Source of the DNA: Malacoraja senta
Lineage: Eukaryota
Direction: 5' to 3'
NCBI GenBank assembly: GCA_038087875.1
Contig: CM075998.1
Coordinates: 3,288,001-3,352,000, forward strand
DNA length: 64,000 nucleotides
Under the pieces are notes generated by a model. The model was not told the DNA's origin and did no database searches. It worked only from the letters and a program-made list of their open reading frames with translations. Of the stretch, positions 37,236-50,329 are shown one piece after another. How positions within the stretch are numbered: the first letter of the stretch is position 1; the number at the start of each line of letters is the position of its first letter. A program made the position numbers and the translations under genes.

Positions 37236-39914
37236 AACACTAATCAGTTAGCTCATCATGTCCATATCAGCTTTCTGAAACAATATCCTATTAGTACCAG
37301 CTTTCTTTTTCCCCATGTTTGCACAGATGGTCGTTTTTCAAATGCATATACAATTTCCTTTTGAAAGTTCAATGTTATCAATTATCCTGGCATTTAACAT
37401 GTCACAGGTTTGACTGGCATGCAAAGTGCAGACTGTTCCTAGTTCTCAAAAGTTGGCCGGTCTTCCTTTCTGCTTTGCATTGATATCCGAGGTGCTTTGT
37501 AAATTGACTCAGTGGGCTCTGCTGTAATGCTGTGACACTTGTGTTTCTGGCCCTTGTTACAGAGTGCTCTCAGAAATGACTGGTGACACCACCAGAGTTT
37601 TAATCTTCAGGCAAAATCCAGATCCTACATGGTGTTCCCACAGAAGAATTTGGAGATACAGCGCGGAAACGGCTGCTTCGGCCCACCGGGTCCGCGCCCA
37701 CCAGCGACCCCCGCACACTAGCACGACCCTACACACACTAGTGACAATTTCACAATTTATAAAAAAAAAAAAAAAAACACAATTGGCCTACAAACCTGCA
37801 CGTCTTTGGAGTGTGGGAGGAAACCGGGGCACCCGGAGGAAACCCACGCAGGTCATGGGGAGAATGTACAAACACCGTACAGACAGCACAGACAGTCGGG
37901 ATCTCTGGTGCTGTGAGGCAGCAGCTCTACCCGCTGCACCACTGGGATTGAACGCCACTTTATCTGGCTTTGAATGTGTAGGGTTTCCTAAAGTGCACCT
38001 CCCTAATGAGGCTCATCCATTGTTTACGGTTTCCTGAAGCTACACAGATTATACTTTTAGACTTAAGAGATACATCGCAGAAAATTGTGTGCAGTTTTGG
38101 TCCCCTAATTTGAGGAAGGACATTCTTGCTATTGAGGGAGTGCAGCGTAGGTTTACAAGGTTAATTCCCGGGATGGCGGGACTGTCATATGCGGAGAGAA
38201 TGGAGCGGCTGGGCTTGTACACTCTGGAGTTTAGAATGATGAGAGGGAATCTCATTGAAACATATAAGATTGTTAAGGGTTTGGACATGCTAGAGGCAGG
38301 AAACATGTTCCCGATGTTGGGGGACTCCAGAACCAGGGGCGACAGTTTAAGAATAAGGAGTAAGCCATTTAGAACAGAGAGTGGTGAGTCTGTGGAATTC
38401 TCTGCCTCAGAGGGCGGTGGAGGCAGGTTCTCTGGATGCTTTCAAGAGAGAGCTAGATGGGGCTCTTAAAATTGCGGAGTCAGGGGATATGGGGAGAAGG
38501 CAGGAACGGGGTACTGATTGGGATGATCAGCCATGATCACATTGAATGGCGGTGCTGGCTCGAATGACCAAATGGCCTGCTCCTGCACTTATTGTCTATT
38601 GTCTATTGTCTATTGAAACAGGCCCTTCGGCCCACCGAGTCCGTGCCGACCAACAATCACCCTGTACACTAGCACTATCCCACACACTGGGGACAATTGA
38701 CAATAAAAGAAAAAACAAAGCCAAATAGCCTACAAAACCTGCACGCCTTTGGAAACCGGCGCACCCAGGGAAAACCCACGCGGTCACGGGGAGAACGTAC
38801 AAACTCTGTACAGACAGCATCCGTAGTCAGGATCAGACCCGGGTCTCTGGTGCTGTGAGGCAGCAGCTCTACCCGCTGCGTAACACACACTCAAGACAGT
38901 GAGACGTTTCCATCCACGGCTGCATCAACTCTCAAAACCATGGGGAATTGGATCGTGGCTGAGGGTAGATAATGCTAAAGATCAAAGCTGGGATGGTGGA
39001 CCCGTGCGTGGGGAAACCGTGTGAAAGAAAGGCAATGTGCAGGGAGCATGAAGAACAAGCAGTGAGGTGAGTGCAACAGTAAAGGGAAACCTGGTTACGC
39101 AAACTGCTCGACCGAATCTTCATTCTCCAAGCTCTTCTCTATAATGCTGAGGACATGTACTTCACCAATGGGACCCCTGTCCTGCATTTTGCCCGTGTGA
39201 CAGTGATGGCCCTGTCCCACTTCGCGATTTTTTTTTTGGCAACTGCCGGCGACTGCCATAGTCGTAGCAGGTCGCCGAAAAACCGGCGACAACCTACGAC
39301 GGCACCTACGTCAGGAGAAGTCAAGCTACGCTCATTGGCGTCAAACCCACTGTCGGCGAAAAATTTCGACCTGTTGAAAATTTAGCGGTGACCAGAAAGA
39401 CGCTACGACTTTTTGCGCGACTGAGGAGACGACTCCCGGCGAACATGTGGCGACAGACTAGTCACATGTAGTTGCCTAAAAAATCGCCTAAGTGGGACAG
39501 GCCCATGAAGATCCTATGTGGCACAATGTTCCAAGTGATAGCTAGCTGTTGTAGGCACACACACACACACAGTGCCGGTGGAACTCAGCAGGCCAGGCAG
39601 CATCTGTGGAGGTAATGGACAGACGACATTTTGGGTCGGGGGACCCTCATTTTAGTCGGGGCGGGGGCCAGACAAAACCTGGCGAGTGATAGGTGGATAC
39701 AGGTGAAGGGGGGTTTGATTGCCAGATGGGTGGACAGAGGCTGGAGATGAATAGGAGACAAAAGGGCGAAAGACAAGGAGGAAAGAGAAGTGAAATGTGA
39801 AGCTGGAGGAAAGGTTACAGCTGGAAGGGCATGTATCATGTTGGCGGAACATTCAGTTCCGAAATGGTTGAAACGAGAGAGGGGGTTGGGGCGGTATTAC
39901 TTGAAATCGGAGAA

Positions 39915-40570
39915 TTGGAGAACATGCAACACCTGTCCCTGTACCTCCCCCCTCAACTCCGTCCAGGGACCCCGACAGTACTTTCAGGTGAGGCAGAGGT
40001 TCACCTGCACCTCCCCCAACCTCATCTGCTGTATCTGCTGTTCCAGGTGTGGGCTCCTTCCTATACATCGGCGAGACCACGCGCGGACTGGGCGATCATT
40101 TCGCTGGACACCTCCGCTCAGTCCGCCTTGGCCTACGCGATCTCCCGGCAGCCAAACACTTTAACTCCCTTCCCATTCCCACATTGACCTTTCTGTCCTG
40201 GGCCTCCTCCACTGTCAGAGTGAGGCCCAATGCAAATTGGAGGAACAGCATCTCATGTTTTGCTTGGGCAGCTTCCACCCCAGCGGTATGAACATTGACT
40301 TCTCCAACTTCAAGTAACCCCTTGCATCCCCTCTCTCTCCGTCCCTCCCCCACCCTAGTCGTCGTACTAGTTTCACTGTCATCCTGCTTAGTTTCACTGT
40401 TTGTATCGGACCATTGTGGGCTCCACCTTTCCTTTTCTTGGTCATGCTCTGATTTCTTCTGTCCTGACTCTGTCTGAAGAAGTCTCGACCCGAAACGGCA
40501 CCGACTCCTTTTCTCCAGAGATGCTGCCTGACCCGCTGAGTTACTCCGGCATTTTGTGTCTATCTTCAAT
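39915..40570 (+). mobile_element. Penelope-like element 3' fragment: degraded GIY-YIG endonuclease, 3' UTR and terminal repeat with hammerhead-like motif
   Basis: FTCTSPNLICCICCSRCGLL.YIGET.R.LGDHFAGHLRSVR...HPSGMNIDFSNFK* (frameshifted), followed by CTGAAGA..GACCCGAAAC at about 40474-40496. Confidence 0.8.
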
Positions 40571-41789
40571 GTCATACCGTTGGGGATGTAAGGTGCCCAA
40601 CGGAATATGAGGTGCAGTTCCTCCAGTTTGCATGTGCCCTTACTTTACCGATGGAGGAGGCCCAGGACATAAAGGTCAGTGTGGAATGGGAAGGGGAATC
40701 AAAATGGATGGCACCCGGGAGATCCAGCAGGCCTTGGCGGACCAAGCACAAATGTTTGGCAAAATGGCCGCCGAGTCTACGCTTGGTCTCGCTGATGTAC
40801 ATGAGGCCACATCACGATCTCCTGATGCAGTAGAGGAGGCGCACAAGAACCCGCTTTGTTCTGCCCCCACCTTTTGTTTCCAGCTCCACTATAATCAGTC
40901 CGAGGAAGGGTCCCGACCCAAAGCATCACCTACCCATTCCCTCACAGATGCTGCCTGACCTGCTGAGGTCATTCAGCCCTTTCTGTAACGTGCTGGATTG
41001 CCAAAATGCCAGTGAAAGGCCTGGATAGAGTGGATGTGGAGAGGATGTTTCCACTAGTGGGAGAGTCCAGGACCAGAGGCACAGCCTCAGAATTAAAGGA
41101 CGTATCTTTAAGAAGGTATCTGTAGTCAATGCCTACTATGTTCTGTTGTGCTGAAGCAAAGCAAGAATTTCATTGTCCTATCAGGGGACACATGAGAATA
41201 AACTCTCTTGTATCTTGAATCTTGAACTTGATGGGGATGAGGAGGAATTTCTTTAGCCAGAGGGTGGTGAATCTGTGGAATTCATTGCCACAGACGGCTG
41301 TGGAGGCCAAGTCAGTGGATATTTTTAAGGCGGAGATTGACAGATTCTTGATCAGTACGGGCGTCAGGGGTTATGGGGAGAAGGCAGGGAATGGGGTTGG
41401 GAGGGGGAGATAGATCTGCCGTGGCTGAATGGCGGAGTAGACTTGATGGGCCGAATGGCCCAATTCTGCGCCTATGACTTGTGAACCTACGAAAACCACG
41501 CGGTCACAGGGAGAACGTCCAAACTCCGCACACAGGCAGCTCCAGAGGTCAGGATCGAACCGGGGTGAGGCAGCAGCACTACCCGCTGCACTGCCTGGTA
41601 GACAGTATGAACTTATAAACGGGGAGGACAGCGAAACAGATGGGGGGGGGGGTGAGGTAAACAGTAATAACATTTAAAAAAGATGCAAAACAAAACAGCA
41701 AGGCAATGCACGATGACCCAGCTTGCATTATCATACAGAATTAAAAATCAACCCCAGTTATTGTTAGGTTCAAATAATTAGTCAAATAC

Positions 41790-42589
41790 CTTGAAGAAGC
41801 CTTTGCACCCTCACAGGTTCGCACACCATAATGTTGGCATGAAGCATTATCCCCGCACACAGCACACTGACCTTCACTGGAAGGGGCGTTCCGGGCAGGC
41901 GGAGAGGGGATGGGGTTATCTATTACAATGGGACTGTCCAAGATCCGCCCTCCGTGGTCCATCGGCAAGGGGGGGAAAGTCATAGAGGCTTGGTTGGCGA
42001 TATCATAAGACATGGTGTCGACTAGCTGGTGGACAGCATTCGGTCCATGTGCATCCAGCCTCATGTGGCAATGTGGACCGGGGGACTCCGAAGGCAATTG
42101 CTTGAAGGAGAAGAAGGAAAGTTGGGAAACGTTCTTGGGCTGATCCAACAAGTGATCCACCTCGCCGTATTGAGCGAATGATGAGGGAAAGCGTCATCCC
42201 AAATGGACACTTGCTGCATCTGGAAACCAGGGGTTGAAGACGCCGGATGGAGCAGGACCCGTTGTAGTACTGCGAAGGTCCACACGGAGGCATCACCTCC
42301 CCAAGTGCATGTGATCGAGCCTGGGTAACAGCCAAACATTTGAACGTCCTCCATTTTAAATGGAGACTGCTGGTTGGAAACCATTAGTTGGTACAGGTAG
42401 GCGTCGAAGTCGCCATTGTTGCTGTCAATGAAGGTGTGAAGCTGGGCAGAGAGGTGGTGGCGGCGATCTCCGTGGCCGAGAGGTCCATGCCAAACTTGAC
42501 AAACTCCGAAGTCAAAAAGTCAGAAGGGTGGTCTTCGTAGGGTCCTCCACATTGCGGCATCGTCGCATATTGTGCTGAAGACAAGGCAT
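41790..42589 (-). CDS. NR4A1: NR4A1 first coding exon (AF-1 region plus first zinc finger), interrupted by about 7 single-base deletions
   Basis: tacag|AG ATG CCT TGT start (MPCLQAQY), [60 protein letters not shown]|gtattt. The pieces are spread over ORFs 42384-42611, 42061-42384, 42003-42335 and 41741-42160. Confidence 0.88.
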
Positions 42590-43222
42590 CTCTGTAAGCA
42601 GAACATGTCACAGCAGAGTCAGGTCACCGACTGTTCAAGTCCCCCTTCACCAACATAACTACAGAAATACCGACCACCCGCCAGGTGAACATAGAATGAC
42701 AAAGATTGTATTGAACCACAGGGTTGAAGGGTTAATTTCTTGAGATGGTCATGTGTTTTACGCATCAACTCTTAAGTTGATAACGTGTTTGTCTAACTGT
42801 GGGGAGTTTTGTACGCTCTCCATCATCGGCTCTGACCTCCCTTCCATCGAGGGGATCTATCCCAGTCGCTGCCTCAAAAAGGCTGGCAGTATCATCAAGG
42901 ACCACACCATCCTGGCCACACACTCATCTCCCTGCTACTTCAGGTAGAAGGTACAGGAGCCTGAAGACTGCAACGACCAGGTTCAGGAATAGCTACTTCC
43001 CCACAGCATCAGGCTATTAAACTTGGCTCGGACAAAACTCTGAACATTAATAGCCCATAATCTGTTATTTGCACTTGATCAGTTTATTTATTCATGTGTG
43101 TATAATTTATATAATGGTATATGGACACACTGATCTGTTTTGTAGTCAATGCCTACTATGTTCTGTTGTGCTGAAGCAAAGCAAGAATTTCATTGTCCTA
43201 TCAGGAACACATGACAATAAAC

Positions 43223-43422
43223 NNNNNNNNNNNNNNNNNNNNNNNNNNNNNNNNNNNNNNNNNNNNNNNNNNNNNNNNNNNNNNNNNNNNNNNNNNNNNN
43301 NNNNNNNNNNNNNNNNNNNNNNNNNNNNNNNNNNNNNNNNNNNNNNNNNNNNNNNNNNNNNNNNNNNNNNNNNNNNNNNNNNNNNNNNNNNNNNNNNNNN
43401 NNNNNNNNNNNNNNNNNNNNNN
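43223..43422. other. Assembly gap (200 N placeholder)
   Basis: Run of exactly 200 N. The right flank (43423-43726) is nearly identical to the young CR1 at about 22030-22335. Confidence 0.99.
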
Positions 43423-46400
43423 ATCCCAGGAATCAGTCTGGTGAACCTTCTCTGCACTCCCTCTATGGCTATAATGTCCTTCCTCAGATTTGGGGACCAA
43501 AACTGTATGCAATACTCCAGGTGTGGTCTCACCAAGACCCTGTACAACTGCAGTAGAACCTCCCTGCTCCTATACTCAAATCCTCTTGCTATGAAGGCCA
43601 ACATACCATTCGCTTTCTTCACTGCCTGCTGCACCTGCATGCCTACTTTCAATGACTGGTGTACCATGACACCCAGGTCTCGCTGCATCTCCCCATTTCC
43701 TAATCGGCCACCATTTAGATAATAGTCTAGTAATTATCTAAAGTCCTCTAATAATCACAGAGGGGGAGCAGTGAGAGAGGGTGTTGCAGAACCCTCGTCG
43801 GGGAGAGGAGGTGGCGAACTTCTTCAAAGTAGGCAAACCTTGAGGAGATTGCGCAGTGGAGCTGAGAAAATGTGTAGGAAGGAAGTGCAGATGCTTTTCT
43901 TTTTATTACAGCAGTGTTGTCAATACTTGCAGGAACTATATTTCAAAAGCATTGTGAATTCTATCTGCAGAATCTAGACTGTTAGGAACAGTGCCGGGGT
44001 GGGAGCTTGCAACCTTCACGTGGTCTGCCCTGTTTCGACGAATGCAATCAAATAAGATCAAATAGAACAAGTTGTCCTACAACTTTAGGCCGTGCACGCC
44101 ACACGCCCCACGCCAGAAGAGGAAGATCAACAGTGCCAATGCTGTAGGTGCCAGGTTCTGTTTTTGGTGGCTACATCGGAAGGCATACCTTGAGGAGAGC
44201 TTGCGGTGGAGCCAGCAAAATGTGTAGGAAGAGGAAGGAACTGCAGGCGCTGGTTTACACCGAAGATAGACACAAAATGCTGTTGCTCTTCACCCTCATT
44301 GCTTGCCGGATCAACTGTGTGACTCAGTTTTCTTGTTTGATCAACATTAACTGGTAAGGACATACTATGATTCTAATCAGTGCACAGTTTTAATCGAGTG
44401 TCTAACCTGAGCAATGCCCATACACAAATGCAAGTTGAATCCCCCAACACAATTGTAACCCGATGTTCCAAATGTTACCTATCAAAGTGCAACGAGATGT
44501 GACGTGTTGCACTTTGGGAAGTCAAACCAGGGCAGGATCTTCACAGTAAACGGCAGGGCCCTGGGAAGTGTTGTAGAGCAGTGGAGTGCAGATACACCAG
44601 TTCCCTGACAGTGACGTCACATGTAGATAGGGTGGTCAAGAAGGCTTTTGGTGACCCTGGTCAAGTGGACTTCATCAGTCAGGGTATTGAGTATAGAAGC
44701 CTTGATTAAGTTACAGATGTACAAGACATTAGTAAGACTGCTTCGAAACATAGAAACATAGACAATAGGTGCAGGAGTAGGCCATTCGGCCCTTCGAGCC
44801 AGCACCCATTCAATACGATCATAGCTGATCATCCACAATCAGCACATTTTTATTTTTTATTTTTCTATGGATGTACGTAAACTTAATTATTTCTTCTATG
44901 TAAAGCACTTTGGTTTCAACACGAGTTGATTTAAACGTGCTATATAAATAAAATGTACTTACTTACTTACAGTTCTTGCTTTCTCCCCATATCCCTTGAT
45001 TATGTTAGCCCTAAGAGCTAAATCTAACTCTCTCTTGAAAACATTCAGTGAATTGGCCTCCACTGCCTTCTGTGGCAGAGAATTCCACAGATTCACAACT
45101 CTCTGGGTGAAAAAGTTTTTCCTCATCTCAGTCCTAAATGGCCGACCCCTGGTTCTGGACTCCCCCAACATGGGGAACATTTTTCCTGCATCTAGCTTTT
45201 CCAATCCTTAAGAATTTGATATGTTTCCATAAGATACCCTCTCATCCTTCTAAATTGAAGTGAATACAAGCCCAGTCGATCTATTCTTTCATCATATGTC
45301 AGTCCCGCCATCACGGGAATTAACCTGGTGAACCTACGCTGCACTCCCTCAATAGCAAGAGTTGCTTTTGGAGTATTGTGTTCAGGTTTGGTCATATGCT
45401 GGCGGAAGGCCGTTATTAAAGTGGAGAGACTGCAGAGAAGATTTATGAGGATGTTGCCAGGACTCGAGGGGCCTGAGCTACAGGGAGAGGTCGGGCAGGT
45501 TACTTCATTACTTGTAGCGGAGGAGGATGAGGGGTGACAATAGACAATAGACAATAGGTGCAGGAGTAGGCCATTTGGCCCTTCGAGCCAGCACCGGCAT
45601 TCAATGTGATCATGGCTGATCATCCCCAATCAGTGCCCCATTCCTGCCTTCTCCCCATATCTCCTGACTCCGCTATCTTTAAGAGCCCTATCTAGCTCTC
45701 TCTTGAAAGTATCCAGAGAACCTGCCTCTACCGCCCTCTGAGGCAGAGAATTCCACAGACTCACAACTCTCTGTGAGAAAAAGTGTTTCCTCGTCTCCGT
45801 TCTAAATGGCTTACCCCTTATTCTTAAACTGTGGCCCCTGGTTCTGGACTCCCCCAACATCGGGAGCATGTTTCCTGCCTCTAGCGTGTCCAAACCCTTA
45901 ACAATCTTATATGTTTCAATAAGATGCCCTCTCATCCTTCTAAACTCCAGAGTGTACAAGCCCAGCCGCTCCATTCTCTCAGCATATGACAGTCCCGCCA
46001 TCCCGGGAATTAACCTTGTAAACCTATGCTGCACTCCCTCAATAGCAAGAATGTCCTTCCTCAAATTAGGGGACCAAAACTGCACACAATACTCCATCAT
46101 ATTGAGGTGTATAAAATCATGAGAGGAATTGATAGGATGAATGCATGGAGTCCTTTACCCAGGGTAGGGGAATCAAGAACCAGAGGACATAGGTTTAAGG
46201 TGAGAGGGGGAAAGATTTATATGGAAACTGAAGGGCAACTTTTTCACACAAAGGGTGGTGGGTGTATGGAACGAGCTGCCAGAGGAGGTAGTTGAGGCTG
46301 GTACAATAACAATATTTAAAAGACATTTGGACAGGTACATGGATAAGGAAGGGTTTTAGAGGGGATGTGGGCCAAATGCAGGCAGGTGGGACTAGAGTCG

Positions 46401-46919
46401 ATGGGGCGTGGATGAGTTGGGCTGAAGAGACTGTTCCCGTGCTGTTTGTGACTCCATGTCTCTATGACCACTAATCTCGCCACTGAATTCATTCGCTTCC
46501 ATGACAACCTCCAGGGTAAATAAAGACAAGAAGTAATCCTTTAAGGCCCGGCCCGTCTGGCTTAGCCTCACATAGATACAAAGATCTCCCCCATCTCCTG
46601 TGACCCAAGATACAGACATTGATCCTTAAGTAGACACATTCTCTCACGAGTTGTCCCTTTTGCTCTCAATATACTAGTCGAATCGCTTAAGATTCTCCTT
46701 TACTTCACCTGATCTGCCTGAGGTCTCTGATGCACGTTGTGCCCTCCTGATATCCATCTGAAGTGTACACTTACATCCCGTGTGATCCTCAAGGGATTTA
46801 CCTGACATATGGCTCCATCTTTTTCCTGACTAGACCTCAATATCCCATGTCAATGAGGGTCCTTTAATCCTGGCATCTATCGCTGGCCCTGAGCTCCCCC
46901 TATCGCACTTTTAAGTCTA

Positions 46920-47545
46920 GTTCAGTTAGGTTATTGTCACGTCTACCGAGGTACAGTGAAATGCTTTTGTCGCCTGCTAACCAGTCAGCGGAAAGACAAT
47001 ACATGATTACAATCGAGCCGTCCACAGTGTACAGATACATGATAAGGGAATAACGTTTAGTGCAAGGTAAAGCCAGCAAAGTCCGGTCAAGGATAGTCCA
47101 AGGGTCTCCAAAGAGGTAGATAGTAGTTCAGCACTGCTCTCTGGTTGCGGTAGGATGGTTCAGTTGCCTGATAACAGCTGGGAAGAAACTGTCCCTGAAT
47201 CTGGAGGTGTGCGTTCGTTTTCACACTTCTGTACCTCTTGCCCGATGGGAGAGGGGAGAAGAGGGAGTGGCCGGGTGAGACTGGTCCTTGATGATGCTGC
47301 TGACCTTGCCGAGGCAGCGTGAGGTGTAGATGGAGTCAATGGAAGGGAGGTGGGCTTGCGTGATGGTCCGGGCTGCGTCCATAACTCTCTGCGATTTCTC
47401 GCGGTCTTGGATGGAGCTGTTCCCAAACCGTGCTGTGATGCATCCCATTAAAATGCTTTCCGCAGCGCATCTGTAGAAGTTGGTGAGAGTTGATGGGGAC
47501 ATGCCGAACTTCCTAAGCCTTCTAAGGAAGGGGAGGTGTTGGTGT
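46920..47545 (-). mobile_element. Rex1/Babar-like LINE 3' fragment
   Basis: FLRRLRKFGMS..TLTNFYRCAAESILMGCITARFGNSS... Similar copies at about 11700-12015(+), 17660-18025(-), 23630-24100(-), 25650-26075(+) and 57465-57790(+). Confidence 0.78.
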
Positions 47546-49906
47546 GCTAAAGGTGTCCCGCTAGCAATACCTCTCTTTACCTGCAACAATCTCTCATATC
47601 AACCTAAAAGGTTCCTGACTAATGGCTTCAAAATTAGCCTTGGCCAAATTTAGCAATTGAACTACAGTCACTGATCTCAAATCGTTCCCTACTTACACTT
47701 CTGTCACTTGCCCTGACTCACTCCCCAGCAGTTTTAGTTTTTATAGTTTTAGAGATACAGCGTGGAAACAGGCCCTTCGGCCCACTGAGTCCGTGCCGAC
47801 CAGCGATCACCCGTTCTATGTTCTATGAGTTAGTTCTAGTCTATGGGGAGAAGGCAGGTACGGGATACTGAGTTGGATGGTCAGCCATGATCATATTGAA
47901 TGGCGGTGCAGGCTCGAAGGGCCGAATGGCCTACTCCTGCACCTATTTTCTATGTTTCTATGTTTCCATGTTCACACCAGTTCCATCCTGTTACCGAATC
48001 CAATGAACCTACAAAACCTGCGCGTCTTTGGAGGAAACCGGAGCACCCGGAGGAAACCCACGCGGGCCACGGGGAGATCGAGTTGTTAGCCCACTCGAGT
48101 TGGCCCAGTTCTTAGGGCTGCTCGGCACAGGATTGTACAATGGTGTCACCCAAGGCCGTGACGTCAAGACTCTGTGGAGACCGAGAGCTGACTATCTGAT
48201 GCCAACTGCATGCCTGCGAGCTCCTCAAAGGCAGACCACAAAAGCACTGGGTAAGATGAGAAAGCACTGGTTAAGCTGCTTCATTTGACTATTCCAACTG
48301 AACTGCGCAGTAGTTACACGGTGCTCAATTTCAGCCGCTGCAACTAACAATAAAACAAAATGCCGTTTTCTAGACGCCAAACCGTTTGAAGTGCCCTGGA
48401 ATATTTCAAACTTGAAACAGAGTCTCTTGCCCAGAGTAGGTGAATCGAGGACCAGAGGACATAGGCTTACGGTGAAGCGGAAAAGATTTAATAGGAACAC
48501 AAAGGGTGGTGGGTGTACGGAGCGAGCTGCCAGAGGAGGTAGTTGAGGCCGGGACTATCCCAACGTTTAAGAAACAGTTAGACAGGTACATGGATAGGAC
48601 AGGTTTGGAGGGATATGGACCAAGCGCAGGCAGGTGGGGCTAGTGTGGCTGGCACATGTTGGCCGGTGTGGGCAAGTTGGGCCGAAGGGCCTGTTTCCAC
48701 ACTGTATCACTCTATGATACAGCGTGTGACACATTAGGCCTTTGCATAACGTTACAGATCCAAAACGCCGCAGCGAGACTCCTGACGGGCACCCGAAAAA
48801 GGGACCACATCACCCCGATCCTGGCCTCTCTCCACTGGCTCCCAGTGCGGTTCCGTATAAACTTCAAGATCCTCCTTTATGTTTACAAAGCCCTCAACGG
48901 GCTTGCCCCACCTACATCAAAAGTCTGCTTACCCACCACACCACCTCCAGGTCCCTCAGATCGTCCGACTTGGGGTTGCTGAATATCCCACGGTCTAGGC
49001 ATAAGCTCAGGGGCGACCGCGCCTTTGCGGTTGCAGCTCCTAGACTGTGGAACAGCATCCCTCTTCCCATCAGAACTTCCCCCTCCATCGACTCCTTTAA
49101 GGCGAGACTTAAAACTCATCTTTACTCCCAAGCCTTTCTTGACGTCCTCTGAGGGAGGGGAGATGTATGTATTTATGTATGTACTTAATCTATGAACCAC
49201 TGTTGCATAATGTTAGTATCTCCACCAATGTAAAGCACTTTGGTCAACGAGAGTTGTTTTTTAAATGTGCTATAGAAATAAAAGTGACTTGACTTGACTT
49301 GACTTGACTATCCTAATGAATTAAATTCAATAAATTGTCGCATGAAGCCATCTTCCCCTGAAAACCCCTTTACAAATTCCTGAATATTAATCCTGAATAT
49401 GTCCATTTGCACCACAGACTATATTACATTCTGCGATATAGAATTATAGCTGAGGCGACATAGTGGCCAAGTCATTCTTTTAATTCAGGTCTATATTTCA
49501 TTAGACGATACTCTCTCAGCATGGCTTACATGCAAGGACTCTATGTTCCATCGACTGGATGCTAGACGAGTCCCCGATAATGTTACCGTAATAAAATAGA
49601 GATGATGACAGTATAAATAATTTTCCCTAAAAGATTTCTGCGTTGTAAATCAGTTGGGCAGAAATTCGCAGCGACACGAACATAATCGGATGTCATATAG
49701 GCATGGGGAACGCGCTGTCCCGTGGTACTCCTGCAGACTCGCACCAACAGCGGTAGTTTGACACCGTTTGGACAAAGTGGAGGTTTTGTCCGCGACGAGG
49801 ACAACAGAGCGTTTGGCCTCGGGGAGGTGGAAAGAAAAATATGAGCACGCATGACCTTTTCCCACCTGCTATGTTAGTAAGGACATTAAGCCAGTCAAGA
49901 GTCCAA

Positions 49907-50329
49907 GAGTACACAAAAATGCTGGAGAAACTCAGCGGGTGCAGCAGCATCTATGGAGCGAAGGAAATAGGCAACGTTTCGGGCCGAAACCCGAAGGGTC
50001 GGGTCGAAGAAGGGTTTCGGCCCGAAACGTTGCCTATTTCCTTCGAAGAAGGGTTTCGGCCCGAAACGCTGCCTATTTCCTTCGAAGAAGGGTTTCGGCC
50101 CGAAACGCTGCCTATTTCCTTCGAAGAAGGGTTTCGGCCCGAAACGTTGCCTATTTCCTTCGAAGAAGGGTTTCGGCCCGAAACGTTGCCTATTTCCTTC
50201 GAAGAAGGGTTTCGGCCCGAAATGTTGCCTATTTCCTTCGAAGAAGGGTTTCGGCCCGAAACGTTGCCTATTTCCTTCGCTCCATAGATGCTGCTGCACC
50301 CGCCGAGTTTCTCCAGCATTTTTGTGTAC
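49907..50329. repeat. Fold-back element with about 80-nt inverted arms enclosing 7 x 39-nt tandem units (50005-50277)
   Basis: Unit CGAAGAAGGGTTTCGGCCCGAAACGTTGCCTATTTCCTT; arms GTACACAAAAATGCTGGAG... and ...CTCCAGCATTTTTGTGTAC. Confidence 0.92.

Noticed and set aside
39095..39190. Possible extra minus-strand terminal exon (DRGPIGEVHVLSIIEK...) inside the NR4A1 intron
   Set aside because: No recognisable homology, weak acceptor context, adjacent to a MITE.
48159..48166. Perfect CRE (TGACGTCA) as part of the NR4A1 promoter
   Set aside because: Isolated 8-mer, no clustered CRE-like/MEF2/TATA context recognised, and separated from NR4A1 by a gap. Another instance at about 44612 lies in a LINE remnant.
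50005..50277. CRISPR-like array (also the 66-nt and 22-nt arrays)
   Set aside because: Head-to-tail units with no unique spacers, eukaryotic context, no cas genes.
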